Shown: positions 1-12,400 of the stretch, one piece after another
Position numbering within the stretch: position 1 is the stretch's first letter
Layout: the number at the start of each line of letters is the position of its first letter
NCBI RefSeq assembly: GCF_964355755.1
Contig: NC_092674.1
Span: 16,864,001 to 16,928,000, forward strand
Length of the DNA stretch: 64,000 nt
Origin: Antedon mediterranea
Lineage: Eukaryota > Animalia > Echinodermata
Reading direction: 5' to 3'
Program-made: the position numbers and the translations under genes
The notes under the pieces: model-generated
Database searches by the model: none
Told to the model about the DNA's origin: nothing
Seen by the model: only the letters and a program-made list of their open reading frames with translations

Positions 1-1587
1 AAGGAGAGCTACAGATGAAAATTATTTATTAATAAATTTCATTCTCTTTGTGGATACAAATGTTATGTTGAATGTACAAAACTACCTTTTATAAATTTTA
101 AATAATGAGTAATAGTGTAAAATATTAGAATTAAAAGTTCTTTGATAAATGATAGCAAACAAAAAACATCATATTTATAATGAGATACAATAAAACAAAA
201 TCTTCCAGTACAGGCAACAGCTGAGGAAGAGGTAATTACTAATTGTGTCAATAAGTTCCCCCGGACAGTTTGATATCTTGAAAGACTTTTTTCTGTTGTC
301 TTGGTCAATTTATTCGGTTTATTAGGCTATTTCCTGGTTTATTTTACATCAAATTTTTCATTTTTATACTTGTGCTAAGCGCATAGAGACTATTTGTATT
401 TTGCGCTATATAAATTTAAAACCATTAAACCATTTACCAGTAACCATAGTTTGACAACATATTATTATATTATTTGATATCAGAACAATTGCGAGATTTC
501 CGATTTTTTGTTAATGCATAGGAAAATCTACTTGATCAGTTTTCACTGTTAACATACTACTGTAGGTATTGGTCACTTTATGTTCACTCTATTATTTGAG
601 GAAACACTCATATTATAACAAAAAACAACATTTAAAATGTGTTAGTACTAGAAATTGCTTTTCGGTTTATTTACCAGTGGAGTTTCAACAAGTATAATCA
701 TGAGAAGAACTGTTTGAAACGGGGCTGAAAGTTCGATACCCTATGTTTTCTCCAGATTTAAAAAATAATATTATATTGCAGGCTTGGTCAATTTTGTGTT
801 TATACTTCATTGCAAGTATATAGAGAAAATCCTGGGTAGTGGTATGCAGAAGTGCCGTGGGGGTTGGGGGGAGGTGAAGGAAGATGGGTGCGAGTAGGTA
901 TTTTCATAATTCCACGACCTGCTACACCCATCAAATTACATGCAGAATAATTAGGAATATAATTAAGGTTAGGAAACAAACAGATTTTAGAATCAGTAAT
1001 TCAAAATGCAATTTTGTTAGTTTTACATTGTTTAACAGAATTGATAGGTCTGAAACTGCTTGTTCAGTGGTGATTTTGTCTAAATCAAAAGTGGCGGGAT
1101 GGAAAATGTTAAAAAGTTGTTTAAAATTATTTAAGTTTAGCAGAATAGCTTTGGTGGTTGGAAATATAAAATAATCTATAAACAATATTAAAATTTTGTT
1201 AATCGTAGCCATAAAAGAAAAACTACAAGATGTCATGGTGGCGGTATAGAATTTATTCAACCTACAAATATTCTATTTCAAAAATCAGCCAATAAAAAAT
1301 TGAATAAAACAATTAATCTATTCTACTGGTTATCATTGATAAAAAAAGTTTTACATTGTTTACACAATTTATTAGGTCTCAAATAGCATTGTTCGGTGAT
1401 GATTTTGTCTAAATATCAAAAGTGGCGAGACAGAAAATAAAAAAGGGCAACACTAGCCCTTCTTCAGTACAAGCAAGAATACTTAGACAAGATTGATATT
1501 ATAAATCAGGCAATCGCTGCCTGAATGGACTGGAATAAAAGAAAGAAAAACAAAGGATGCACAGTTCATAGTTCATAATACTATTAA

Positions 1588-3062
1588 GGGGCCGTATCAA
1601 AATTATATTACGCCGTGTAACGCAGTTAATACAATGTTTAGAACGGATGTTCGTTTCTGCATAATCTTGTGGATTTCAGTAATTGCGTTAGCAAATTGAT
1701 TATTCATAAGTAAGCAAATGACTATTCATTCGCTTCGTTGATTTTTGGGGTTAATAAAAGCATTAAATAAAATATCCGGCCTACTTTGATTACATTCTAC
1801 TGTTACTATTATTTATACCATTGTTTACACGTTCAAAAACAAGCTGCACGCTCTCACTCGGACAGTGAGCAAACCCTGTCAACATCTAAATATAGTGCGA
1901 TAGTTGTTGACTATATAGGCTAGCAGGAATTGTGTACTCTTTCATTTTATTAAAATCATTAAATAAAATAATTACATAGCGATTGATGTTACACAAATAT
2001 CTTATGGAAAATGGGCAACAAGTTTTATTTTCTATTTGTAACTTTGTTATTGTTACTTGACAATAAACCCCAAACACTATTTTGTTTACTGTACGGTATG
2101 TAGGCCTACACGAACTGGTAACCAATGAAATACACGAAACACTATATTATTATGTTTTATTGTACCGTACGGTTTTAAAATAACCACTTTTAGTAAGGGA
2201 GGGGTACATCAAATGGAATTTCCACAACAATGTTTCGGCTCACATGATGCAACGGACCCATGTAGTAATTTCTTACCAGAGGGATGCATGTACATCAAAT
2301 GGAATGTCCACAATAATCGTTCGTTTGTTATGACAAACTCGCGTGAACACACGTGGTAATTTCTGACCAGAGGGGTAAGTGTACAATCAAATGGAATTTC
2401 CACAACAATCAAAATTATTTTCCAATGCTTGCGATCGTGCAACTCATGAACACACATGGTAGTTCATAGTAGAGGTGTGCGTATACACTACACCAAATGG
2501 AATTGTTTTTCTACAAAGATCGTTGGCAATAAATACACATACACCATGATAGGTTTAAATAAAAATAGCCTACATTTAAGTAATTATAAACCCTTTTTAG
2601 GACCTTGGGAAAATGTGCAAGAAAATGGGAAAATTGTGATTTTTTATTGTAAATATTTAGATCAGACATGATTTTACCATATTTTCATTATAGTTTCAAA
2701 TTTAAAAAAAAAAAGTAAAACTGTATTTTAATTTTTTTTAAAACCCAATCCTACTATTACTAAGAATAAATTGTATACAGTAAGTATGTATAGTCAGAGC
2801 CTTGCAGCACGGCGGTGTGACAGCCACACAACGGGAGATCCCCTGTTCACTGAACAAATGTTACTACCGTACTGTACTACATTATACCGTATGTTGTCGC
2901 TAAAAATTGTTTGTGGGAATGGGAATAATTGAAATTCCTCTGAATTATATCATCATATTCAAACCATTTACCACATGTACTGTTTTTTTTTATTGAAGCA
3001 AACGAGTCTGTAATCACCTCATGAATATGAATGAGGCAAAACATTATGTGTTAGGGTTACAC
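1588..3062. mobile_element. Kolobok-like non-autonomous DNA transposon (family D), right end missing
   Basis: TTAA then GGGGCCGTATCAAAATTATATTAC. The body is homologous to 52273-54691, which ends in the near-complementary GTAATATAATTTTGACACGGCCCC. Confidence 0.6.
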
Positions 3063-3157
3063 AATTGGCTCAATTTATTAAAGGAAAATCTGTGTTTACA
3101 AATAAAAAATTAACCTGCATGGAGAGAACAACGTTTGTTTTGTAACTTTTAACCTAC

Positions 3158-3402
3158 CTTGATGGATATCTCCAACCACTTCGCAGTTTCTCTTCCCAGT
3201 GTACCCAATTCTTATTTTTGGGATCAACACAGTATTCATACACAGTATCTTTATTTGGAAAAGTGCCTTCAATTTCACGTATGTAATTATCTAATTTCTT
3301 TCGCCCATCTTCATCAACAGATGCACAGACAGACCAGATAATGCCGAATAGGAACCAAAGTTCTACCATGCGTTCAAAATTGTTCTTATCATTAGGATCA
3401 AC
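3158..3402 (-). CDS. DNAH2: DNAH2 exon ([11 protein letters not shown]...GRKKLD...GWRYPS)
   Basis: AAG acceptor, GT donor, 245 nt, phase 0-2; the next exon lies beyond position 1. Confidence 0.9.
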
Positions 3403-6400
3403 CTTAGATATATAAAAAGATTCTATAAAAATACTATATTTTTACATGAAAAACAAACAATAACATTAGTAGTAAAAATTAAAATCCACACAAAGAAAAA
3501 ATAATTATAAAAATAACATAATAAATAATTAGAAGAAAAATAATCAAAAATAAAAAAAGAAGAATTTATGCCCCCTTTTTTTTCTGGATCACCCCTTTAG
3601 AAAATGTCTGGAAATGGTATAAACAATTAAATTCAGTTAAATTATTTGTACTATTTCACTCAAAAACTGATTTGTATACTGTTCAATAGAAATGATCTGA
3701 TATGCATTTCTTGTTTGAAGACGTGTGCAAGACTTACTGCAGTTACAGTATGTAACAATGTACACACTTTTTTTTGGTAGTATAGGGTGGGACAATCACT
3801 TACCCCATTTTCCACTGTCCCAAATGCATCAAAAAGTTTACACAGGGAAGTAACACCATTGAGCTCCGATATTGGCACTAGTTCATGACAATTAACACGC
3901 TTGTAGTCAATAATTTTCATCAGATACTTATCAAATAGACGATGAAGTGTATCAACCATTTGCTACAAAAAATGACAAAATAATACAATTCAATGGTTAC
4001 ATGCAACATAATATCAAACTGCTACATAAATAAATACATTTCTTAGATAAAATGATTTTTTTAATTATTATTTTCTTCTGTATGATTGATGTTCGTCAAT
4101 TATTGAGAGATACAGTATGTATCATCAATCTAAATAAAATATTCACAGTATAATCCTTACGGTCAGAAATTGTTTGAATAAAACTTTTACGACAATTACA
4201 CAATCTAGCTAAAATTTCAGTATCTCCAGAAACCAAATGCTAATAAACTTCATGTCTTGTGTCATCATGTCAGAATAAAAATGTTTGTGTAGTGTATATA
4301 TATTTATGTAAGGGCAAAATTCGGTAAATCGTGCCTTACTTCTAGAATTTTTATTCGATGGTATATAAAGTTGGTTCATACTTTCGGTACTGATTTTAAC
4401 CACCTGATGTAACCCTGTTTACTAATTAAATTGAGTTAGATAATTATTCATTGACAATTAAAACGAATTTAGGTTCAACGGTTTGCCCCAAATAGGGGTA
4501 TTTTCCGATCCTGGTATACACTGTCTAATGGATGTCAATTTTGAAGACTCCATTTTTATGTAGTGTCCCCCCGTGGGTTCTATTGTATTCGAGAACCATC
4601 TGTGTGGACCCCTAGATGGTACCATCTGTGTGGACCCCTAGATGGTACCATCTGTGTGGACCCCTAGATGGTACCATCTGTGTGGACCCCTAGATGGTAC
4701 CATCTGTGTGGACCCCTAGATGGTACCATCTGTGTGGACCCCTAGATGGTACCATCTGTGTGGACCCCTAGATGGTACCATCTGTGTGGACCCCTAGATG
4801 GTACCATCTGTGTGGACCCCTAGATGGTACCATCTGTGTGGACCCCTAGATGGTACCATCTGTGTGGACCCCTAGATGGTACCATCTAGTGTACTAATGC
4901 ACATTTGAGGGCATCTTTGGCATTTCACATGGACTGCAGTTAAAGTTCTAATGCATTTTTTTTTACTTGATTTTTGTATATTTTCCCAAAATGTATAAAT
5001 TACATTTGAGAGTTATTATGGAGTTAAAGATGTATTGTCCCTCGAAACACAAAAAAATGAAGGTAAAAATATTCTAAATTTAAATTAGCCATATCAAAGT
5101 AATATTAAAGTTATTCACTTTAAGTCGAAAATTTGAGCCAAAAACAACAAGTTTACGTAATTAACAGGTACATTTGATTACAATTCGACTGGAAAATCGT
5201 CGCGAGCGAAAGTAAACAAAGATTTCAAACCACGAGTACACATTTGCATATGCTAATTAGGATTGTTTACAACTTGTCACGGTTGAGAAGATATTTTCAC
5301 ACAGATCGTGAGGAAGTTTTATGATTATGCATACAGAGTAGCCAAACAAGCGCGTTTCATTATGGGATATGTTTTGATCGAAAACTTTGACTGGAAGTCA
5401 AAGTTATTTTTTTAACAAAAAAAACCGTCTGTATTTCAGTTAAGTGATTTTTTTTGTCGACAAATTTTTTGTGATAGTTAATAACTATTATGATACTTTA
5501 AAATGACCCACATTTTTTCGAAATCTTTAATTTTTTATTTTTTTGGAATTAGTCAAAGGGACAATACATCTTTAAGGAAAAAAATGGATAAAGTCTTCAT
5601 TATATACATATTAAATATATTTTTGGGAAATTTTGATTATCGAAGAAAGTATAACATTTTTTTAGATAAAAAAAAATCAACACAAATTTGAATCACAGTA
5701 GAGTAACAACTTGAATCTATCAAAAAAATAGATCTGGATGTCCATAAACTTCTTGAAGCTTCATGACAAGATCGAATTCATTGTATTTGATTCATCTCAA
5801 CAGTTCAACATGTACCTTACTTTTCTAGACATATCAATGAACATGAGCAGAAAGATTTAAAAAATAAATTTGGTGGATGTGTATGTATGTTGTCACAAAA
5901 ACCTGCAATTGTAGATTAATCCGAAGCCAATAAGACGGAAGTGCAGTAAAAACCAGTAAATATCTATACTAAATGCGTGATTGGCGTGTCACACTTGTTA
6001 CAATGTAGTATAATCCAGCTGTGTATAATATGCAAAGATGCATGGCGAGTCTTATTGTATGGCTACAGGGTTTTTTGGTTAGTGTATTTTGGGCAGGTAG
6101 CACATTGTTGTTGCCAGGGTTGTGGACTGCAGTGTAGGTATTACATTGTGGGAAAATCCGTAGAATTAGTTATCTGATACAGTGATAGTTAAAGAACCCT
6201 TCCCTGCAATTTTGGACGTTTTTTGGAAAATAATACATATATATCACTTTAAAAACATTAAACCATGTCATTCCTTGTCTTAAATGTACGTTTTATGGTA
6301 AATTATGATAAAAAGTGAGAAACAATGCACTACCTAAGTAGCTCGCGGCGATCGACCTCTCGTGGACGGTCTTAGGCCTAGCCTAGCTAGGCTTAGTTTT

Positions 6401-9400
6401 GTAGGCCTAGCTGGTAAACATCGATAACGTACGAACATCGTACGCTAGCTATATACCTAGCCTGACGTTGTATAGTTGCTGCATTAATTGTCTTTCTATT
6501 TTTGCCAGACTCCGTTGATACAAATTGGGGAAAACCCGGTATTTTCGCTGAAAAGTTAGGAGTCTTCCATTTGTTTTGGCTTCACGATCGATCGAAAAGT
6601 GGGCGAATTACAGGTAAAAAACAAAAATATCAATCCGCGCGCAATGCATTTTGGGATTTATAGCGGGCCGAATTAGAATCGATTTATTTTCCACATTTTT
6701 AACCGTTTAAAGACGAAAAAAGTTATCACAATAGGACCATATAGTATTATTTTTACATTAAATATAGTTTGTGATCTTAAATTAGATCTAAAAAACGTAG
6801 GGAATGGGGCTTTAACAGTGGGCTTCTCTGTTAAGAGTACATCTCCACTCCTGTATGTAGTTAGCCATTGGGACGGTGAGTAAATTGTAACTCCAGACAT
6901 TATTTACCTTAATCATTGTATTGTATTGTGATGGGAAGTGTTGACTTAATTGTATATGGGCACACCATTTGGAACTTTGGGTTATTTTACTTTTAAGGTT
7001 TGTTTGGTTGTTTTGAACGGGTGCTGAATGACTTTGTTGGTCATCAGCATTTACTGAGATTCTTCCAAGCTGGGGTCGCCGACGGGTACCGTCAAGCCAA
7101 GGTTGTAAGAAGAAATGTAAGTGGAGCTGTATGCATCTAGCCTAAAACTTTTTTTGTGGTGAAAGCGATTGGTAGAAAATAGATGAGTGGAGCTGTATGC
7201 GTCTAGTTATTTATCGTCCAACTGCCTGGGCTCAAGTATTCCTCACAAACTTTTGTTTATCAATATTTATTGTACCATGGCAATGTTGTAGTGTTTGCTT
7301 ATGAAATTAATGGATATGCTCAGAACGAGTTGTTACTTGTAGATAATTGTTGAGAATTTATATTGCGATATGGGGCTTGAATGACATTGGCATGGCATCA
7401 CAATATCGGCGTAATGTCGGAAATAATAATTTTTTAGATTTTTATATATTCGTAATCTATATTTAATAAGCTTTAAAATGAGGCGTGAGGCAGGAAATCT
7501 TCATTTTGAGAAAATCAACAATGAAGTAGCGACGCCGATTAGCTGGGGCTGGCCTAGCCCGCCGATCAACTCTCTGTCAAAACTCGCTATTTTCTTCTCA
7601 ACAACGGCAAACTAGTCGAACATATATCACTGTGTGGTACATAATATTATGTTTTGTGTTATTTAAAAAAAATATATGGATAAAAATAACGATTAAATTC
7701 CTAAATATTCACAAAATGTTGAAACGTTCATTCGAGAAACTAAGTTGGAAGCCATGCTATTTCATCGTAAACAAAAGCGTCAGCCAATCAGAGAGCGTAA
7801 TTTATCTCTATAGCCAATCAGTCAAGGATTCACAAATTCTTGTTATAAATTTCAGCAACCTAACACCTTAATAAAACCAATTCCCATTGGCTAAATTAAA
7901 AAAAATCCCTTAAGTTGTTAAAACTTATGGTAGCTGATATATTTTCGAACAGATAGGTACCAAACATGACGTGATTTGGGTTAGCGTTTTTTTTTACAAA
8001 AGTGCTGTAAAGAAAGTTGATTTTTGAGAGAACAAAAATACAATTTCCTAGAATAGATTTTCAATGGAAACGACTTAAATAATTGCAAAATATGATTTGA
8101 TATGTTAAAGATAAGTGTTTATAGTATAGGTAGACAAGGCTCGCACTAGATATTCGTGACATATGTGCACTTAATAAATCTTATCATTATTATTATCATT
8201 ATTTTACAAGTCAATACAATGTTGCTTAAATTTCACTAATACTTTACAGAAGTAAAAAAAAAGTGGTTTCTACCTTATAATTTTTTATATATAATATTAT
8301 TTATTTTTTCTACCTTATTCTTGATGCGATCAAACCATGAGTTGACATATGGTTCCCAACTCATGTCAGCATAGTCAGTGTATACCATACCACAACGGCT
8401 AACAGTTGCAGGTGATGCAACGGCTAAATCCTCAACTTCAAATAGTAATGTGACCTATAAAGAACAAAAAATGTCATTAAATGAGTAAATAAGTGAATAA
8501 AGTTAAGACAGTAATCATGACATTAGTAAAGAAAAATGGATACAATTCTGAATGAAGATTGGTAGTAGAAAAATAATAAAACAATTCAACGACATTCAAT
8601 AAATGAACGACTATTTCAGTGATACCAACCACCGTCAGAGTTGCAAATCTGAATGCTGAACTGATAATAGAGAAGTTATGTTCATTAGGAAAGAGACTAG
8701 CCCCACTCTAGCCCCTACTACAGTACAGAATGAAGAAAAAATACTAACCTGATCAGGCATGGCAATACGTTCACCATTTATGAGTGTCAAAACTTTGTTG
8801 TCGTCCATCACAGAATTCATGCTCTCAATCCATAAGGTATCTACAGGACTATCAAAAAGTAGCCACTTCTCATCTGGTTTTTCATCTGCACACGTTGTTC
8901 TCATAACACTTGATAGTACACCATCAGTCCATTCATTAGTATTTAGGTCAAATTCACCATACAGTTCACCAAGAGATAAAGCTTTAGGATTGATGGGATA
9001 TTCCTAATATAAAGGTAAAAAAGGGTTTGATTATTAAATAGTGCTTGTATGTAGCCTGGGTACAGTACAAATTTTGTGGGAAAAAGGATAAGGAATTTTT
9101 TTTTTGGTTTTTCTGATAGAGTATACCATATAGAATGTCAAAAAAATCCTCATCCAAGGGTCTTGGGCAAAATTTGTTATGGTAATTTTAAATTTTGGCC
9201 TATAACACACATAAATGCCTATTAACACACACAAATACCTATATATAGGGGATAGGGAAAACCAATTCATGTTTTTTTTTACTTGGAGTTGTGTTATGAT
9301 TAAAATTAGCTGAGGCTTACTTTAATAACTACTTCTCATAGTAGTTGATAAATCGAGTCGATAATAATGACATCATCATGCTAGAATCCAATATGGCATC

Positions 9401-12400
9401 CAATTTGGAGGGAAAAAATACCGATTTTGAAAAATTCCTTTTAACGTCAAAATGTACGAATACTATCTTAAAATTAAATGTATACACCAATGCGATTGTA
9501 TTTTATTATCCTTCCAACATTAGAAAAATAGGTCGCAAATAATGCTGACTCAAATTCGCACTTCAAATGGAAAGGAACATTCACGGTATGGTGATGTTTT
9601 TGGTATTCATGTTACAATAGCAGATTCCGATCAGGGTGTACAGTCTCTTGATGAACAAATACATGTTTAAATCATCTTCCAAAAAATCAAGCTTATGGAT
9701 TCTGTATGTAAATTTAGTTGAAATTGCAGAAATGTTTATTTATGCCGCAAAATCAGTTTTTGAATAGAAATTATAAGGAATACATTGAAACTGCTATAAA
9801 GAAAGCAAAAGATATTCCTCGATATCAGCCAAATTTGACCAGAGCGCCATTGGTCACAACCTATCACCTTTTACTTTTAAAAAGTTATGCTTATTAATTT
9901 TTTTCATTAAAATAATGCATATCATATCAATGAAAAAAGAATGCATACCTTTACAATATTGTAACTATCGTCACCTTCTTTTTTAAGTCGAGATAAGACA
10001 GACTGTAGCATTTTCCATGTGACAGTCTTCCCACTTCCTGTTTTTCCAACAATCATTACCGAATGACGTGAGTTCTTGGTCTCGTAAAGTTGAATAATTT
10101 TCAAAACAGTTGACTGGATGCACTGGTATCCATTATTTTTTAACTCTGACTCTATCACTGAGCGCATCTTTTGTTATGAAAACAAATTATTTTAATATTT
10201 TTTTTGTTCGTATGGTGAGGCTGATATATATTAAAAAGGGGAAAAGTGGAATTCCGTGAAGCACCGAAAACATGCAAACTATACTCACTGCTGAAGTGTA
10301 GGTGTAGCCATATAGTCTAGTTCCTTATGTATTTTCATGTGCAAATCATGGGGAAAGTGTAAAAATTGTGTTTTATGAATATTTGAAGCATGCTGGTTAT
10401 AAAAACCCATGTCAAATTTCTAAAATTTATCTTTGACCTCTGACCTCAATTTGAATATTTTGACCAATTGAAAACAAATGGTCATATCTTTGCAATGCTT
10501 AGATTAAATGAAATAATTTTAGTGTCAAATTATTTGGAAGATGAATATTAATATTCGTTCTAATGGAAAAGTTGGATTTTTGGCATTTTTAACCTTTGAC
10601 CTACATGTCATATAACTCTGTAACTAACAGTTGGACACACTTTAAATATACTCTAGTAGCTAGATCAACTTTCATATGCACTATGGTCAAAGATGAATTT
10701 TAGAAATTTGACAAAATGGGTCTTTATAACCAGCATGCTTCAAATATTTATAAAACACAAGGTTTACAATTTCCACATGATCTGCCCACAAAGGCACTTT
10801 TTTTGACAGGGAACTGGACTAATAGTCTGACAGCACTTTTTACTGCCATGCCATTAGCCATGGTGTAGCCAATTTCTATTTCGGTCTATTTTCAAAAAGT
10901 TCTTACCTCAGCCACAAACAATGAGGTTTTCCAGATAGTTTCACTTATTCATCCAAAAATATAAGTTGTTTTTGCCTACAGACAGGTTTTAATTAAAATT
11001 TGAGGGGTTGGAATGTCGGCTTGTTTCATATGTCTTTTTCACAATACAGTAGAAATCTTTGATTGATAAAAACAATGATGTGCAGCGAAGCATAACAAAA
11101 AAAATAACATACTATGTGTGGCAAGAGGACAATTTATTTATGAAAACAATATACTTATGTATGGTATAAATTTCAAAAAAGACATTTTTAGTAAAATATT
11201 ATAAAAGCCGCCAGTGTGCATGTGCATATGGTAGGTAGTAGGCCTTATGCATGTCATGGTATATTTTTCTATGACTCATGAGCGACATTATCTTACTAAG
11301 TAGTAAGCCGATTTACCGCTTTCCATGTTTCATTGTTTAAACTTGAAAATTGAAATAATGTGATAACCTAATATAATTAGTGAATTAAGGCAGGAATGAC
11401 ACTTTTTAAAATAAGCCAGATGGCATAAGACCACTGAAGTGGTCTAAAAAAGAAAAATCACAAAAGCCTACAGTACCTTGCCATAATCAATGACAGGGGT
11501 GTCAACACCTGGAAAGAGATCTGAAACAATGCCATTAAATAATGGAAGATCCTCTACTGTCATCTTTGGTACATTCATGTCTTTCATACCAAGCAACAGA
11601 ATCTATGAAGCAAAAATAAACTTACTAGATAAAAGCTAAAATATTACAAGAGGAAAGTGTGATAAAGGTAGTATTATTGTTTCTTCTGGTTCACATGTCC
11701 CAAACTGACTTGCACATCAAGTCTTCATGTGAGCAACAGTGCTAATATGCTGTATGTTCACAATAATTCTTTGTAAAAGCATGGAGGTTTCCTCCATGGT
11801 AAAAGTGTGTGGTCACTTTTTGAAATCTTCATATTAAAAAAGCTTACCATTTTTTTTTAATACTTAGGGTATGCATTCCAATTTATTGTAATGTTCACTT
11901 ACCAAGCAAAAGCTGGATTATAGATTTAGCAATATATACCTATGAACTAAAGTGATGACCGAACAACATATTTAAGATTTGTCCTAGAGCAATTCTGGAT
12001 AATTATATTGAAGTAGTTGTTGTGAAGATTTCTGCTAAGTTTTATGATAATCTGACCATTGGTGAGTAAGTTATTAGAAATTATGTCAGGAAAATAAAAA
12101 AGTATTTTGAGAAAACTGTATAATATTAGTATTTACATGATTTTAAATAGAAAAATTCATTTTGGGGTTTGAAATTGATAGTTGTTAAAAAAAAAATATA
12201 AACAAAATATAGAATTGTTTTTCCTCTTAATAAGATAAGTAATAAAAAAAACATTGTTACTATAAAAAAAGTATACTGTACCAAGATTACTGGGGGCTTA
12301 AAAGTCAGGGACAAAACTGAAAATGGTTACCTCTTCATCAGTCATATTTGGGAAAGCTCTCTTCTTTTTTCCTGCATATCGAAGAACAGATGTCAATGCT

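Noticed and set aside
884-1435. ORFs 884..1174 and 931..1260
   Set aside because: No recognisable motifs; they overlap a diverged 90-bp direct repeat (1020-1110 and 1347-1435) of probable TE origin.
4595-4880. CRISPR-like palindromic repeat array
   Set aside because: Units abut with no spacers, there are no cas genes, and the context is a eukaryotic intron.
5940-7260. Possible Penelope GIY-YIG relic (CATCPKY, CNKCD on the minus strand) split by the family A MITE
   Set aside because: Similarity is too weak to call by eye; it needs a profile search.
7780-7895. Clustered CCAAT boxes as an internal promoter
   Set aside because: No associated exon or start evidence; such motifs are common in invertebrate repeats.
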